A stretch of DNA of 64,000 bases from a candidate division WOR-3 bacterium (GTDB lineage Bacteria > Hydrothermota > Tepidihabitantia > Tepidihabitantales > CAIPLT01), in contig CBFGJZ010000001.1 of assembly GCA_965649215.1 (NCBI GenBank), positions 1,809 through 65,808 of the forward strand, given 5' to 3'. Shown here piece after piece: positions 48,309 through 57,996 of this stretch. The stretch's first letter is position 1. Each line of letters begins with the position of its first letter. The position numbers and the translations under genes were made by a program. The notes under the pieces are model-generated. The model was not told the DNA's origin, searched no databases, and saw only the letters and a program-made list of their open reading frames with translations.

Positions 48309-49232
48309 TTAAATTAGTGTTTTGAGATAATTTTCATATTCTTGACCGACTTTGAAAACAGTTTCATCAAAAGTTGTATATTCAATCCATTTGATATTTT
48401 TAATTTTTCGGAACCAAGTTATTTGTCGTTTTGCATATTGGCGAGTGCGAATTTTTGCTAATTTTATTGCTTCCATTAAACTTATTTCGTTCTTTAAGAA
48501 GCTGATAATTTCCTGATAGCCAATGCCACTTAAAGCATTATGTTCAGCATTATAACCCATCTGAAGAATTTTTTTGACCTCTTCAACGAGTCCCATCTCA
48601 ATCATTTTATCAAAGCGTGCTTCAATTTTTGCATAGAGTTTTTTTCGTTCCATTATAAGACCAACATAGTAGGGGACAAATTCTGATGATAATTTGATGC
48701 TTTGCTGAGCTGATAACGGTTTACGAGTCTGATAATAAATTTCTAAGGCACGGATGATTCTTTGTCGGTCATTAGGTTTTATTCTGTTTGCGGAGAGGGG
48801 GTCAACTAATTTCAATTGTTCATATAATTTTTCCAGTGGTTGTTGGTTTAGAGATTTTCGTAATTGTAAATCCCGCGCGGGAGCAGGAAAAAACGGTTCA
48901 AATAATGCTTTTAAATATAAACCAGACCCACCGACTAAAATAAACTTTTTCTCTTCTTTTATAAGTTGATAAATAATTTTTTTACAATCTCGAACAAAAT
49001 CAGCTGCGGAATATAATACATCTGGTGTCACAATGTCAAGCATATGAATTCTGATACGAACAGTGCTATCTTGAAAGAAAGTCTCATTTGGTTTGGCGGT
49101 GCCGATATCCATATATTTATAAATTTGACGGGAATCTGCAGAAATGATATCAAAATTATATTTTTTTGCTAAAGCAATGGCAATATCAGTTTTACCGACA
49201 CCAGTAGGACCAACCAAGCAGAAAATTTTCAT
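48309..49232 (-). CDS. miaA: tRNA dimethylallyltransferase
   Basis: 'GPTGVGKTDIAIALA...IISADSRQIY..MDIGTAKP' motif. Confidence 0.9.
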   Translation of the reverse strand: MKIFCLVGPTGVGKTDIAIALAKKYNFDIISADSRQIYKYMDIGTAKPNETFFQDSTVRIRIHMLDIVTPDVLYSAADFVRDCKKIIYQLIKEEKKFILVGGSGLYLKALFEPFFPAPARDLQLRKSLNQQPLEKLYEQLKLVDPLSANRIKPNDRQRIIRALEIYYQTRKPLSAQQSIKLSSEFVPYYVGLIMERKKLYAKIEARFDKMIEMGLVEEVKKILQMGYNAEHNALSGIGYQEIISFLKNEISLMEAIKLAKIRTRQYAKRQITWFRKIKNIKWIEYTTFDETVFKVGQEYENYLKTLI

Positions 49233-49298
49233 CAGATTATTCGTTGCTGGTAACAGAATCTGAATTTATACCAAATTAGCATCAGACAATATTGAATG

Positions 49299-50897
49299 TT
49301 ATCTTCCAAATTTTTTATCTAACTCATCGCGATTGATTTTTATGATAGTGGGTCTGCCGTGTGGGCAAAAATAAGGATCCTGACAAGCAAAAAGCTTATT
49401 GATAAGTGCTTCCATCTCGCTTTGGGATAAACGCTGATTGGCTTTGATCGCACCTTTGCAAGCAATTTGTTTGGCAATTTCTTCTCGATGAGATAATTGG
49501 TTTTTATCAAGTTTAGTAAGTTCAGTAAAAAATTCTTTTATGTCTTGTTTAGATAAAACAGTACTGGCCGGAATCGTTTCGCAGACGATACTGCGATTGC
49601 CAAATACTTTGGTTTCTAAGCCCATGGCACTTAGGATGTCTTTGATTTCTTCATAAATAATAAATTCTTCTAAAGAGAGTTCAATGATAATCGGAAACAA
49701 TAACCCTTGAGTTGTGACTTTTTCATCTTTTTTAATAACATCTTCAAAGATAATTCGTTCTGCGGCGGCATGTTGATCGATAATACAATAACCACTGGGT
49801 AATTGAGCGAAAATATAGGTGGAATGAAGTTGCCAGAAATTTTGTCCGATTTCACTTGTTTCAAGCAACTGATTTTGAAAAAATACACTATCCGCAGGAA
49901 GTTCAGCCTGTTTTTGAACACCAAGCGTTTTCCGGATGGCTTCGGATATAAAGTCAAAAAGAAAACGTTCATCAGTAAATTTTACTTCGTTTTTCGTGGG
50001 ATGAATATTAACATCTAAATTGGCAGGGTTGGTTTCAATAAAAACAACAAAATTAGGATTTTTCCCCATGAGGGTACCTGCATAACCATCATAAATTGCT
50101 TTGGTAACAGTGCGATTCCGAACGGGGCGAAAATTGAAATATATTTGTTGCAGTTCATAGAATGTTTTAGCACTTTGAGGAGAAGATATAAATCCAGAGA
50201 AAGTCAACATCGGATTAGTATATCGAAATTCATAAAGATTTAAGAAAACAGATTTTTCCAGAAAATATTTAAGTCGTTCTTTAATTGATTCGCATTTAGG
50301 CAAGTTAAGGATTTCTTTGCCATCGGCAATAACGACAAAATGAATTTGCGGATAGGCAATAGCATAGGCTGAGATTGTTTCAATGATGAGTTTGCTTTCA
50401 TAGGAATCGGATTTGAGAAAGTTTCGCCGAACGGGTAAATTGTAGAATAAACTCTGCACTGAGACAGTCGTGCCTCGGGCTCGGCTGATTTCTTTGATTT
50501 CTTTTATTTGTCCTTCTTCAACATAGATGGCGGTGGCGGGCATGTGTTCATCATAATTGGTTTCGATTTTTAAGCGCGAAACCGCGGCAATGCTTGCTAA
50601 TGCTTCGCCACGAAAACCGTAAGACGATAAATTGTTAAGGTCTTCGATTCGGGATAGTTTACTAGTCGCATGGCGTTGAATTGCTAATCGCACGTCATCC
50701 CGTGACATTCCGATGCCATCGTCGATAATCTTAATTAGATTTTTACCGCCCTGTTTGAGTTCAATAGTTATTTTTTGACTTTGGGCATCAAGTGAGTTTT
50801 CAATTAATTCTTTTACTACTGAAGCCGGCCGATTGATAACTTCTCCAGCTGCGATTTTACGAATCGTTTCTTCAGGTAATAACTTAATTCGATTCAT
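49299..50897 (-). CDS. mutL: DNA mismatch repair protein MutL
   Basis: 'IAAGEVI.RPASVVKELIENSLDA' GHKL ATPase N-terminus and a C-terminal dimerisation domain. Confidence 0.9.
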   Translation of the reverse strand: MNRIKLLPEETIRKIAAGEVINRPASVVKELIENSLDAQSQKITIELKQGGKNLIKIIDDGIGMSRDDVRLAIQRHATSKLSRIEDLNNLSSYGFRGEALASIAAVSRLKIETNYDEHMPATAIYVEEGQIKEIKEISRARGTTVSVQSLFYNLPVRRNFLKSDSYESKLIIETISAYAIAYPQIHFVVIADGKEILNLPKCESIKERLKYFLEKSVFLNLYEFRYTNPMLTFSGFISSPQSAKTFYELQQIYFNFRPVRNRTVTKAIYDGYAGTLMGKNPNFVVFIETNPANLDVNIHPTKNEVKFTDERFLFDFISEAIRKTLGVQKQAELPADSVFFQNQLLETSEIGQNFWQLHSTYIFAQLPSGYCIIDQHAAAERIIFEDVIKKDEKVTTQGLLFPIIIELSLEEFIIYEEIKDILSAMGLETKVFGNRSIVCETIPASTVLSKQDIKEFFTELTKLDKNQLSHREEIAKQIACKGAIKANQRLSQSEMEALINKLFACQDPYFCPHGRPTIIKINRDELDKKFGR

Positions 50898-51685
50898 TTC
50901 TCTTCTATATTATACTTCATCCCATCCTGCGCGGCAATGACTTTAATACCAGTTTCTTGACTTAATTTTTCTGCTAAAAGCCAAGGCTTGGCTTTTAGCA
51001 TAGTCATGCCAAAATGAGTTAGAATTGCGGTTTTAGGTTGAGCTTGATTTATAATACTTTTGACATCGGCTAGTGATAAATGTTCTAATTCAGTATGTTC
51101 AAGACGAATGACATTAAAAATCATAATATCTGCTTTGTAAATTTGAGCTAACTCTTGAAAATATTTAGTATCGGCCAGATAAGCAATTTTAGTATTTTTA
51201 TTTTTAAAGATAAACCCATAGACTTCACCAGGATGGTGATGTTGAGTAGGGGTTGTGAAATTGACACCGTTAATCAGATATTTACCACCAGTAGTCAAAA
51301 TAACTATTTTTTTTAGATAATTTTTTAAATAGGGGAGAATCACCCTCTCTTCACCTTCTAAAGCATCACGGGGACAGAAAAGAGTACCCTTCGGCATGGT
51401 ACCACCGATAGTCATTGCTTCAATCATAATGTTAACATCGTTAGAATGATCAAGATGTTTGTGGGACAAGAGAATAGCATCAAGTTTAGTGGGATCAAGT
51501 TTATGTTTTGATCTGACAATGCGTACCAAAGAGCCAGGACCAGGGTCAACAATAAAATTGGTACCGTTAAGTGAAAACCAAATACCACCAGTTGCGCGTA
51601 ATTGTTTTGCAACCACAATCCGCGCACCTCCGGTACCTAAAAAAATAATATAATTAGTGTCGTTTGCTGTTTTAGATTTATCCAT
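50894..51685 (-). CDS. MBL-fold metallo-hydrolase
   Basis: 'LSHKHLDHSND' HxHxDH motif. Overlaps the mutL start by 4 nt. Confidence 0.7.
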   Translation of the reverse strand: MDKSKTANDTNYIIFLGTGGARIVVAKQLRATGGIWFSLNGTNFIVDPGPGSLVRIVRSKHKLDPTKLDAILLSHKHLDHSNDVNIMIEAMTIGGTMPKGTLFCPRDALEGEERVILPYLKNYLKKIVILTTGGKYLINGVNFTTPTQHHHPGEVYGFIFKNKNTKIAYLADTKYFQELAQIYKADIMIFNVIRLEHTELEHLSLADVKSIINQAQPKTAILTHFGMTMLKAKPWLLAEKLSQETGIKVIAAQDGMKYNIEEK

Positions 51686-51818
51686 TTTATTAAGATATTG
51701 AAAATATTAATAATGTCAACACTATATCATGGCTAATGATTCTGTTTAAACTTTATATTTGAAATTTTAGTCTAATTTTATGTATGAAAAATTTATTTAA
51801 TTTAGTAAGGAGGATGGT

Positions 51819-52112
51819 ATGAAAAAAGATATTAAACGATTATTGGTAATGCTGGTTTTGATAGCGAGCTTCTTTTTGCTTATTCCGAATCTTCAAGCGC
51901 AAAGTCTTCGAAATAAACCCCAACGACATCAATTTGAAAGGACTGAACAGTTAGTTAATCGTCAGCGAGTAAACGCAGCTTGGCGACAAAGAAGATTGCA
52001 GAGAATACAGAGAAGGCTCCGACAATTAAGATGGCAGAAATTAAGAATGCTCGCAAAGCATCGATGTCGTTGGCAATATCAACATCATCATAGATGTTGT
52101 CATTGCCACTAA
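51819..52112 (+). CDS. Small secreted Gln/Arg-rich protein with a Cys/His-rich C-terminal tail (hypothetical; possibly not a real gene)
   Basis: Good RBS (AAGGAGG) and signal peptide (MKKDIKRLLVMLVLIASFFLLIPNLQAQS). The last roughly 17 codons (HRCRWQYQHHHRCCHCH) are encoded by a near-perfect 16-bp-stem hairpin (52071-52108). Confidence 0.3.
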   Translation: MKKDIKRLLVMLVLIASFFLLIPNLQAQSLRNKPQRHQFERTEQLVNRQRVNAAWRQRRLQRIQRRLRQLRWQKLRMLAKHRCRWQYQHHHRCCHCH

Positions 52113-52223
52113 TCTATAGTAGAATATTAAATTAATTTTAATTTAAGTTCAATATTAACTTATTGCGAGTGACAATCGAAGATTATTTTTTGTGATAATG
52201 AAATATAAGGAGAGTAAACAATT

Positions 52224-53465
52224 ATGAAAAAAATAATTTTTATTATATTCTTTATGCTGATCAGTAGTATCAGCGTGGCAGAGGTATTTACTTTGACTGA
52301 CTGCATTAATTTAGCCAAAGAACATAATCTTGAGTTACAACAAGCAAGATTAAGTATTGCAAATGCCCGCGCTGCTGCAAGTGAAGCACGAGCTCAATTT
52401 TATCCGAGTCTTGGGGTTTCCAGTAGTTATCGGTTAAGTGGTGATTTCAGTGGTAATAATAATTATCAAGGAAATTTTTCTAATGGTGTTAATGCTTCTT
52501 ATAATTTATATAAAGGCGGTGCGATTCGGGCATCGGCTAAAATTGCTGATTATCGCTTAGCAATTGCGCAGGAGAATTATCGACAAAAAGAAGCCGAAGT
52601 GATTTTAGCAGTGAAGCAAGCATTTTATAAGATTTTACAAATCCAACAGCAAATTGATTTAATTAAGCAAGTTTTACAAAGACGGCATGAGAATTTAGTC
52701 TTAATAAAGTTAAATTATAATGTCGGACGAGAAAACCAAGCAAATGTCGCACAAGCCGAAGCAAACTTATCTCAAAGTGAATATGATTATTGGAAAGCAC
52801 AACAGAACCTGGCATTAGCAAAAGCAGATTTGGCAATGCTTTTAAATCAAAATGATACTTTGATTGAAATCAAGCTTGAGCAAAGGGATGAGAATTTTGC
52901 TGAATTAGATATCCTGATTGCCATTGCCCTTCAAGAACGCGCGGAGATAACGGCAGAAAGATTGTATCGTGATATATTGGAAAATCAACTTCTTCAAGCA
53001 AAAAGCAATTATCTACCGGCTTTAGCTATATCTTCCTCTTACGGATTGGGTGGCGAAAATTTTTTAGAACAAAAAGCGTCGTGGAGCGGTGGTGTTAATC
53101 TCTCATGGTCGCTGTTTAACGGTTTTGCCAATAAAGCAAAAGTTCGACAAGCAAAAGTTAGTCTTGAGCAAGAAGATTTAAAGTTAAAGAGTTTAGAGAA
53201 TAATATTAAAGCAGAAGTTCGCCAAGCTTATACAAATTGGCAATTAGCAAAAAAAAATTTAGAAGTAAACGAAAGGATTCTAAAAGCAATGCAGGATGTC
53301 TATCAACTGACCAAACTTCAGTACGAGCAGGGTCGAACATCATACTATTTTCTGCAACAAAAAGAGAGTGAATTAAGTCAAGCGGAAAATAATAGTATCA
53401 GTGCTTTGTTTAATGTATACCAAACCGCAGCTATTTTAAACAAGGTATTGGGAAGGAGTAATTAG
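52224..53465 (+). CDS. TolC-family outer membrane efflux protein
   Basis: Two repeats of the OEP coiled-coil/beta-barrel unit, plus a signal peptide. Confidence 0.8.
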   Translation: MKKIIFIIFFMLISSISVAEVFTLTDCINLAKEHNLELQQARLSIANARAAASEARAQFYPSLGVSSSYRLSGDFSGNNNYQGNFSNGVNASYNLYKGGAIRASAKIADYRLAIAQENYRQKEAEVILAVKQAFYKILQIQQQIDLIKQVLQRRHENLVLIKLNYNVGRENQANVAQAEANLSQSEYDYWKAQQNLALAKADLAMLLNQNDTLIEIKLEQRDENFAELDILIAIALQERAEITAERLYRDILENQLLQAKSNYLPALAISSSYGLGGENFLEQKASWSGGVNLSWSLFNGFANKAKVRQAKVSLEQEDLKLKSLENNIKAEVRQAYTNWQLAKKNLEVNERILKAMQDVYQLTKLQYEQGRTSYYFLQQKESELSQAENNSISALFNVYQTAAILNKVLGRSN

Positions 53466-53466
53466 T

Positions 53467-54471
53467 ATGAAGAAAGTTTTAATCAGCATTGGCATTGTTA
53501 TCGTGGTTGTAGTTGCATTATGGATGGTCCGTAAAAAAGTTGTGAAAACTAAACAACAACCAACCTTTAATGTAGTCGAAGTAACACAGGGCAGTATTGA
53601 AGTAAAGGTTTTGGCAACAGGGACAGTGCAACCATTTACACGAGTAGAAGTTAAATCACCGACCAATGGACGGATTGAAAGTGTTGTAGTTGATGAAGGG
53701 CAACATGTAAAAAGTGGCGATATTTTAGCATGGATTTCAAGTGAAGATCGGATTGTCCTATTAGACGCTGCCAAATCGAGTTTAGAGAGCGCTTTAAAAA
53801 CTAACGATCCGAATTTAATTGCAGAAGCAAAACAGGCATATGAAATTGCAGATAAAGCGTATAAAGCGGTTCCGCTCACTAATTCCATTGCCGGCGAAGT
53901 GATCAGTCGCACTGCCGAAGTCGGCCAAAATGTCAATACCCAGACAACTTTATTTGTGATTGCGGATCGATTGGTTGCTAATGTGACCGTTGATGAAGCA
54001 GACATTGGTAAAATCGCCTTGAACCAAAGAGCATTGATCACACTCGATGCTTTTCCAAATGAAAAGATTGACGCCAAAGTAACGAAAATCGCCCGCGAAG
54101 GCAAAACAGTTTCCGATATTGTGGTTTATAATGTTTTGGTAGAACCAATGCAAGTGCCGTCGTACTGGGCATCGGGTATGACTGCGAATGTTGAATTTCT
54201 AATCATTAAAAAAGATAGTATTTTAGTTATTCCGACCAATGCGATAAGACAACAAAACGGTAAAAAAATAGTGCAAGTGCGAAATAATGAACACACAGAA
54301 ATGCGGGAAATTCAGACGGGTGTGAGCGACGGTCGGTCGATTGAAGTAATTAAAGGATTACAGGCGGGTGAAAAAATTATGATTAGTGGTGGTTTTAATA
54401 CTTCTCCGACGCAAAACCCGCGAGCCGATAGCGAACGGCGCATGCGTCAAATGATGCGGAGCGTTCGATGA
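53467..54471 (+). CDS. HlyD/MacA-family periplasmic adaptor (membrane fusion protein)
   Basis: N-terminal TM, biotinyl/lipoyl-like hairpin, then a beta-barrel. Operon position between TolC and MacB. Confidence 0.8.
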   Translation: MKKVLISIGIVIVVVVALWMVRKKVVKTKQQPTFNVVEVTQGSIEVKVLATGTVQPFTRVEVKSPTNGRIESVVVDEGQHVKSGDILAWISSEDRIVLLDAAKSSLESALKTNDPNLIAEAKQAYEIADKAYKAVPLTNSIAGEVISRTAEVGQNVNTQTTLFVIADRLVANVTVDEADIGKIALNQRALITLDAFPNEKIDAKVTKIAREGKTVSDIVVYNVLVEPMQVPSYWASGMTANVEFLIIKKDSILVIPTNAIRQQNGKKIVQVRNNEHTEMREIQTGVSDGRSIEVIKGLQAGEKIMISGGFNTSPTQNPRADSERRMRQMMRSVR

Positions 54472-56423
54472 TTGAACTGAAAAATCTCTCCAAGATTTAT
54501 CGCATGGGCGAAGTGGAAGTACGGGCATTACATAATATCAATTTGAAGATTAATGATGGCGAGTTTGTTGCCATTATGGGGGCATCAGGTTCAGGAAAAT
54601 CAACACTTTTGAATATGCTCGGCTGTTTGGATACTCCGAGTAGTGGGCATTATTTAATTGATAATATTGATGTCAGCGAATTCAATGATTCGGAACTGGC
54701 ACAAATCCGCAATACGAAGATTGGGTTTATCTTTCAAAGTTATAATCTCTTACCCCGTCTTAATGCAATGGCAAATGTGGAGTTGCCATTAATTTATTCT
54801 GGTAATTATAAAGATCGGCATCAAAAGGTGATGAGTGCTTTACAAATGGTGAATTTGCTAAATCGAGCCAAACATCGTCCCAAAGAAATGTCCGGGGGCG
54901 AACAACAACGAGTTGCGATTGCTCGTGCTTTAGCTAATGACCCATCAATCATTTTGGCTGATGAGCCAACCGGAAATCTGGATTCGAAATCAGGTCAAGA
55001 GATCATGGCGATTCTAAAGGAACTGCATCAAAAGGGGATTACGATTATTATGGTGACCCATGATGAAAATGTGGCTTCGTATGCGGAACGAGTTATTCGT
55101 TTAAAAGATGGTGAGATTATTGAAGATAAGCAAATAAAATCACAAATTCATCTGCTCGCTCGTCAAAAATTAATTGATGACTCAAAAACCAAGCGTCGTT
55201 TCACATTGGCAGAATTAAAAGAGAGTTTAAGTATGGCGATCGCTTCGATATTTGCTAATAAGCTGCGAAGTTTTCTAACAATGTTAGGTATTATCGTAGG
55301 CGTGGCGGCAGTTATTACCATGATTGCAATTGGACAAGGCGCAAGTAATCAGATTACCCAACGCATTGGGCAGATGGGCGCAAATTTATTGATGGTCCAA
55401 CCAGGTTCATTTCAATTTGGACCGATGCGAGCAGCACCAGGGACAATGACGAGTCTCACTTATGAAGATGCCCAAGCAATAAGTAAAGAATGTCCGTCGG
55501 TTGCCAAGGTTGATGCGATGTTTTCGCGTAATGCGCAGGTTGTGTATGGCAATAAGAATACTAATACTTCAATTCAAGGCGTCACTGAAAATTTTCCCGA
55601 AGTCCGTAATTTTCCAATTGAAGAGGGATTTTTTATTTCTGATGAAGATAACCGTTATATGCGACGCGTGGCAGTGCTGGGTAAGACCGTCGTTAAAAAT
55701 CTTTTTGGCGATGCCAACCCGATTGGTGAGTATATAAAAATCCGACGGGTGATATTTCAAGTGGTTGGTGTGATGAGTGCCAAAGGGAGTAGTGGTTGGC
55801 GTGATGAAGACGATGTGGTGTTTGTGCCTTTACGGACTGCGCAAAAAAGATTATTTGGGGTTAATCATGTCTCAATGATTAATGTGATGGCGCGTTCCCC
55901 ACATGAGATGGAACAAGCAAAAGAAGAAATTACCCAACTCTTACGAAAACGGCATCGGATTCGAGAAGGTCAGGAGGATGATTTTAATATTCGCTCGCAA
56001 GCCGAAATTCTCTCAACATTACAAGAGACCACTCGCACTTTTACCATTCTTTTAGCAAGCATTGCCATTGTCAGTTTGATAGTTGGTGGTATTGGCATTA
56101 TGAATATTATGTTTGTTTCGGTTACCGAGCGCACTAAAGAGATTGGGATTCGTAAAGCAATCGGAGCTCACAAGCGAGATATTTTAGGTCAATTCCTAAT
56201 CGAATCGATCATTGTTTCATTAAGCGGAGGACTGATTGGTATTTTAGTCGGTATTTTAGCAAGTCGACTGACCAGCCAGTTAGCAGGTTGGGCAACAATG
56301 ATTACTCCAGCCGCGGTTTTATTATCATTCTTTTTTGCTTTTGCAGTAGGCTTTTTCTTTGGCTTCTATCCTGCTCGAAAAGCTGCGTTATTGAATCCCA
56401 TTGATGCTTTGAGATATGAATAA
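54468..56423 (+). CDS. macB: MacB-type ABC transporter (ATPase fused to an FtsX-like permease)
   Basis: 'GASGSGKSTLLN', 'MSGGEQQRVAIARAL', 'ILADEPTGNLD' and a C-terminal 4-TM FtsX domain. 651 aa. Confidence 0.85.
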   Translation: MIELKNLSKIYRMGEVEVRALHNINLKINDGEFVAIMGASGSGKSTLLNMLGCLDTPSSGHYLIDNIDVSEFNDSELAQIRNTKIGFIFQSYNLLPRLNAMANVELPLIYSGNYKDRHQKVMSALQMVNLLNRAKHRPKEMSGGEQQRVAIARALANDPSIILADEPTGNLDSKSGQEIMAILKELHQKGITIIMVTHDENVASYAERVIRLKDGEIIEDKQIKSQIHLLARQKLIDDSKTKRRFTLAELKESLSMAIASIFANKLRSFLTMLGIIVGVAAVITMIAIGQGASNQITQRIGQMGANLLMVQPGSFQFGPMRAAPGTMTSLTYEDAQAISKECPSVAKVDAMFSRNAQVVYGNKNTNTSIQGVTENFPEVRNFPIEEGFFISDEDNRYMRRVAVLGKTVVKNLFGDANPIGEYIKIRRVIFQVVGVMSAKGSSGWRDEDDVVFVPLRTAQKRLFGVNHVSMINVMARSPHEMEQAKEEITQLLRKRHRIREGQEDDFNIRSQAEILSTLQETTRTFTILLASIAIVSLIVGGIGIMNIMFVSVTERTKEIGIRKAIGAHKRDILGQFLIESIIVSLSGGLIGILVGILASRLTSQLAGWATMITPAAVLLSFFFAFAVGFFFGFYPARKAALLNPIDALRYE

Positions 56424-56516
56424 AAAGAACTTTGGGGTCGCCTTTTAAGAGAGGGTTGTTGAGTAGGTTATTAAGTAGATACTTCAGAGAATGACTTCAA
56501 AGATTATGGTTTGAGT

Positions 56517-56616
56517 GGTAGCCGAGAGAGTGAAGAGATTCATCGAAAGGGTGGACAGGGGGGATATCCCATAGGTCATCCCAAGGGTCATTCAGAGGAC
56601 ACTCGTTGATACTACC
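56517..56616. other. GC-rich nested stem-loop element between convergent genes (a candidate small RNA or complex terminator)
   Basis: Outer stem GGTAG(56517)/CTACC(56612), inner stem GAGAGTG(56526)/CACTC(56600), internal GGGATATCCC palindrome. The local GC is well above the flanks. Confidence 0.25.
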
Positions 56617-56757
56617 AACTGGATTATTCAAAAGACAACTGATTAAACGAGGGTGTGTCTTGGGTAGTTTAAATAATAAATAGTCTAAAACGACAAATTT
56701 AAGATAAAGAACTAAGAGAACATTTTTTTACTTTAATAACTCTTTGGTCAGTTCAGT

Positions 56758-57987
56758 TTATTTTAAGTCACCGACAATACCTGTAAATAATATCGCATTG
56801 GTTTCGTGATCAACAATTGCATAGAAGAAAGGTCGGTTAAAAATGAGTGAAAATTTTGTTGTCGGAGCGCCTTTGACTTCCATTTGAACTGAAGTTACCG
56901 CTGCGGCTTCAGTTCCTTGTTCTGTGATTTCCAGGTAGGTTTTGTGTTTTACATCACCAATATAAATATTGCCTTTGAGATTTGTTGAAGCCATTTTGGT
57001 AAAATTGGCTTGCTCGGAAAAAGCTATTTCCATCCCCATTGCTTTAAGTGTTTGTTTAAGCGATGTTTCATATTCTAACTTAACACGAGGAATGGTAATT
57101 TCTCCTTCGGTCACGACAAATGATTTAAGCCACTGTTGAAAGTTTTGATAAGTGAGATTGGCTAAAAATTCTTTAAGATCTGATTGGATATCAGGGAGAA
57201 AAAGATAGATACTCATTTTATTGTGAGCATAGGGTAGACTGACCGCTTGAAATTTGTCGGTTGCAAGATACGGAAATTGGTTCTGTTGATACATCATTGG
57301 CTGTTTAATTTCCCTACCATCAAAACAAGTAAAAAGACGAGGCAAAGTGGCTTCAACATCAAATTCATTTTGCCAGAGTCCTTTGAAATAAATCGCATTG
57401 ATTAAAAAGATAATGACATCTTCACCAATTTGATTAATGATACTAGGAATTTTGCCATTTGTATTTTGACTAACCCACTGATTGATCGTGTTGATTGTCT
57501 TGGGAGCGGTAAAATCAAGCGTACGGAGCGTACTGTGATAATATTTTTTATTGGTTTTGAGAAATTCGTTTTTGAATTTCACACCTTGATCTGCCCAAAG
57601 TGAATTGGCAATAGTTAAATAGATTTTTTTATCTTTTTTAATCAGGTCATTTTGTAATTTTAAGTTGGTTTGGTTAAAACTTTTTAAGGGAAAATCCTTA
57701 ATCCCTAAAGTCTGTGCCATGGTGATTTGAGTTAAGTCAACCGCACCATTATAGGTCATTGCCAAAGCAAGAGCAATACTGAGCGGTGAGATCGTGATGT
57801 TTTTTAGCGTCTCGTGATGAACTAATTCATTTAACAAACGCAGCCCAAATTCATTATAGGCGTTAACTAACTGATATTGATTATAGAGTAAATTTTGATG
57901 CGATTGGTTAGCAAAACACAAAATAAAGGAGATGGTTAATAGAACAACAGGGATTTTTTTCATCATATTTGCCGATTTTCTATTCAT
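56758..57987 (-). CDS. Serpin (serine protease inhibitor family), secreted
   Basis: Signal peptide. The C-terminal 'FNRPFFYAIVDHETNAILFTGIVGD' is the canonical serpin signature; a hinge/reactive-centre loop region lies upstream. Confidence 0.85.
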   Translation of the reverse strand: MNRKSANMMKKIPVVLLTISFILCFANQSHQNLLYNQYQLVNAYNEFGLRLLNELVHHETLKNITISPLSIALALAMTYNGAVDLTQITMAQTLGIKDFPLKSFNQTNLKLQNDLIKKDKKIYLTIANSLWADQGVKFKNEFLKTNKKYYHSTLRTLDFTAPKTINTINQWVSQNTNGKIPSIINQIGEDVIIFLINAIYFKGLWQNEFDVEATLPRLFTCFDGREIKQPMMYQQNQFPYLATDKFQAVSLPYAHNKMSIYLFLPDIQSDLKEFLANLTYQNFQQWLKSFVVTEGEITIPRVKLEYETSLKQTLKAMGMEIAFSEQANFTKMASTNLKGNIYIGDVKHKTYLEITEQGTEAAAVTSVQMEVKGAPTTKFSLIFNRPFFYAIVDHETNAILFTGIVGDLK

Positions 57988-57996
57988 AAAACATCA

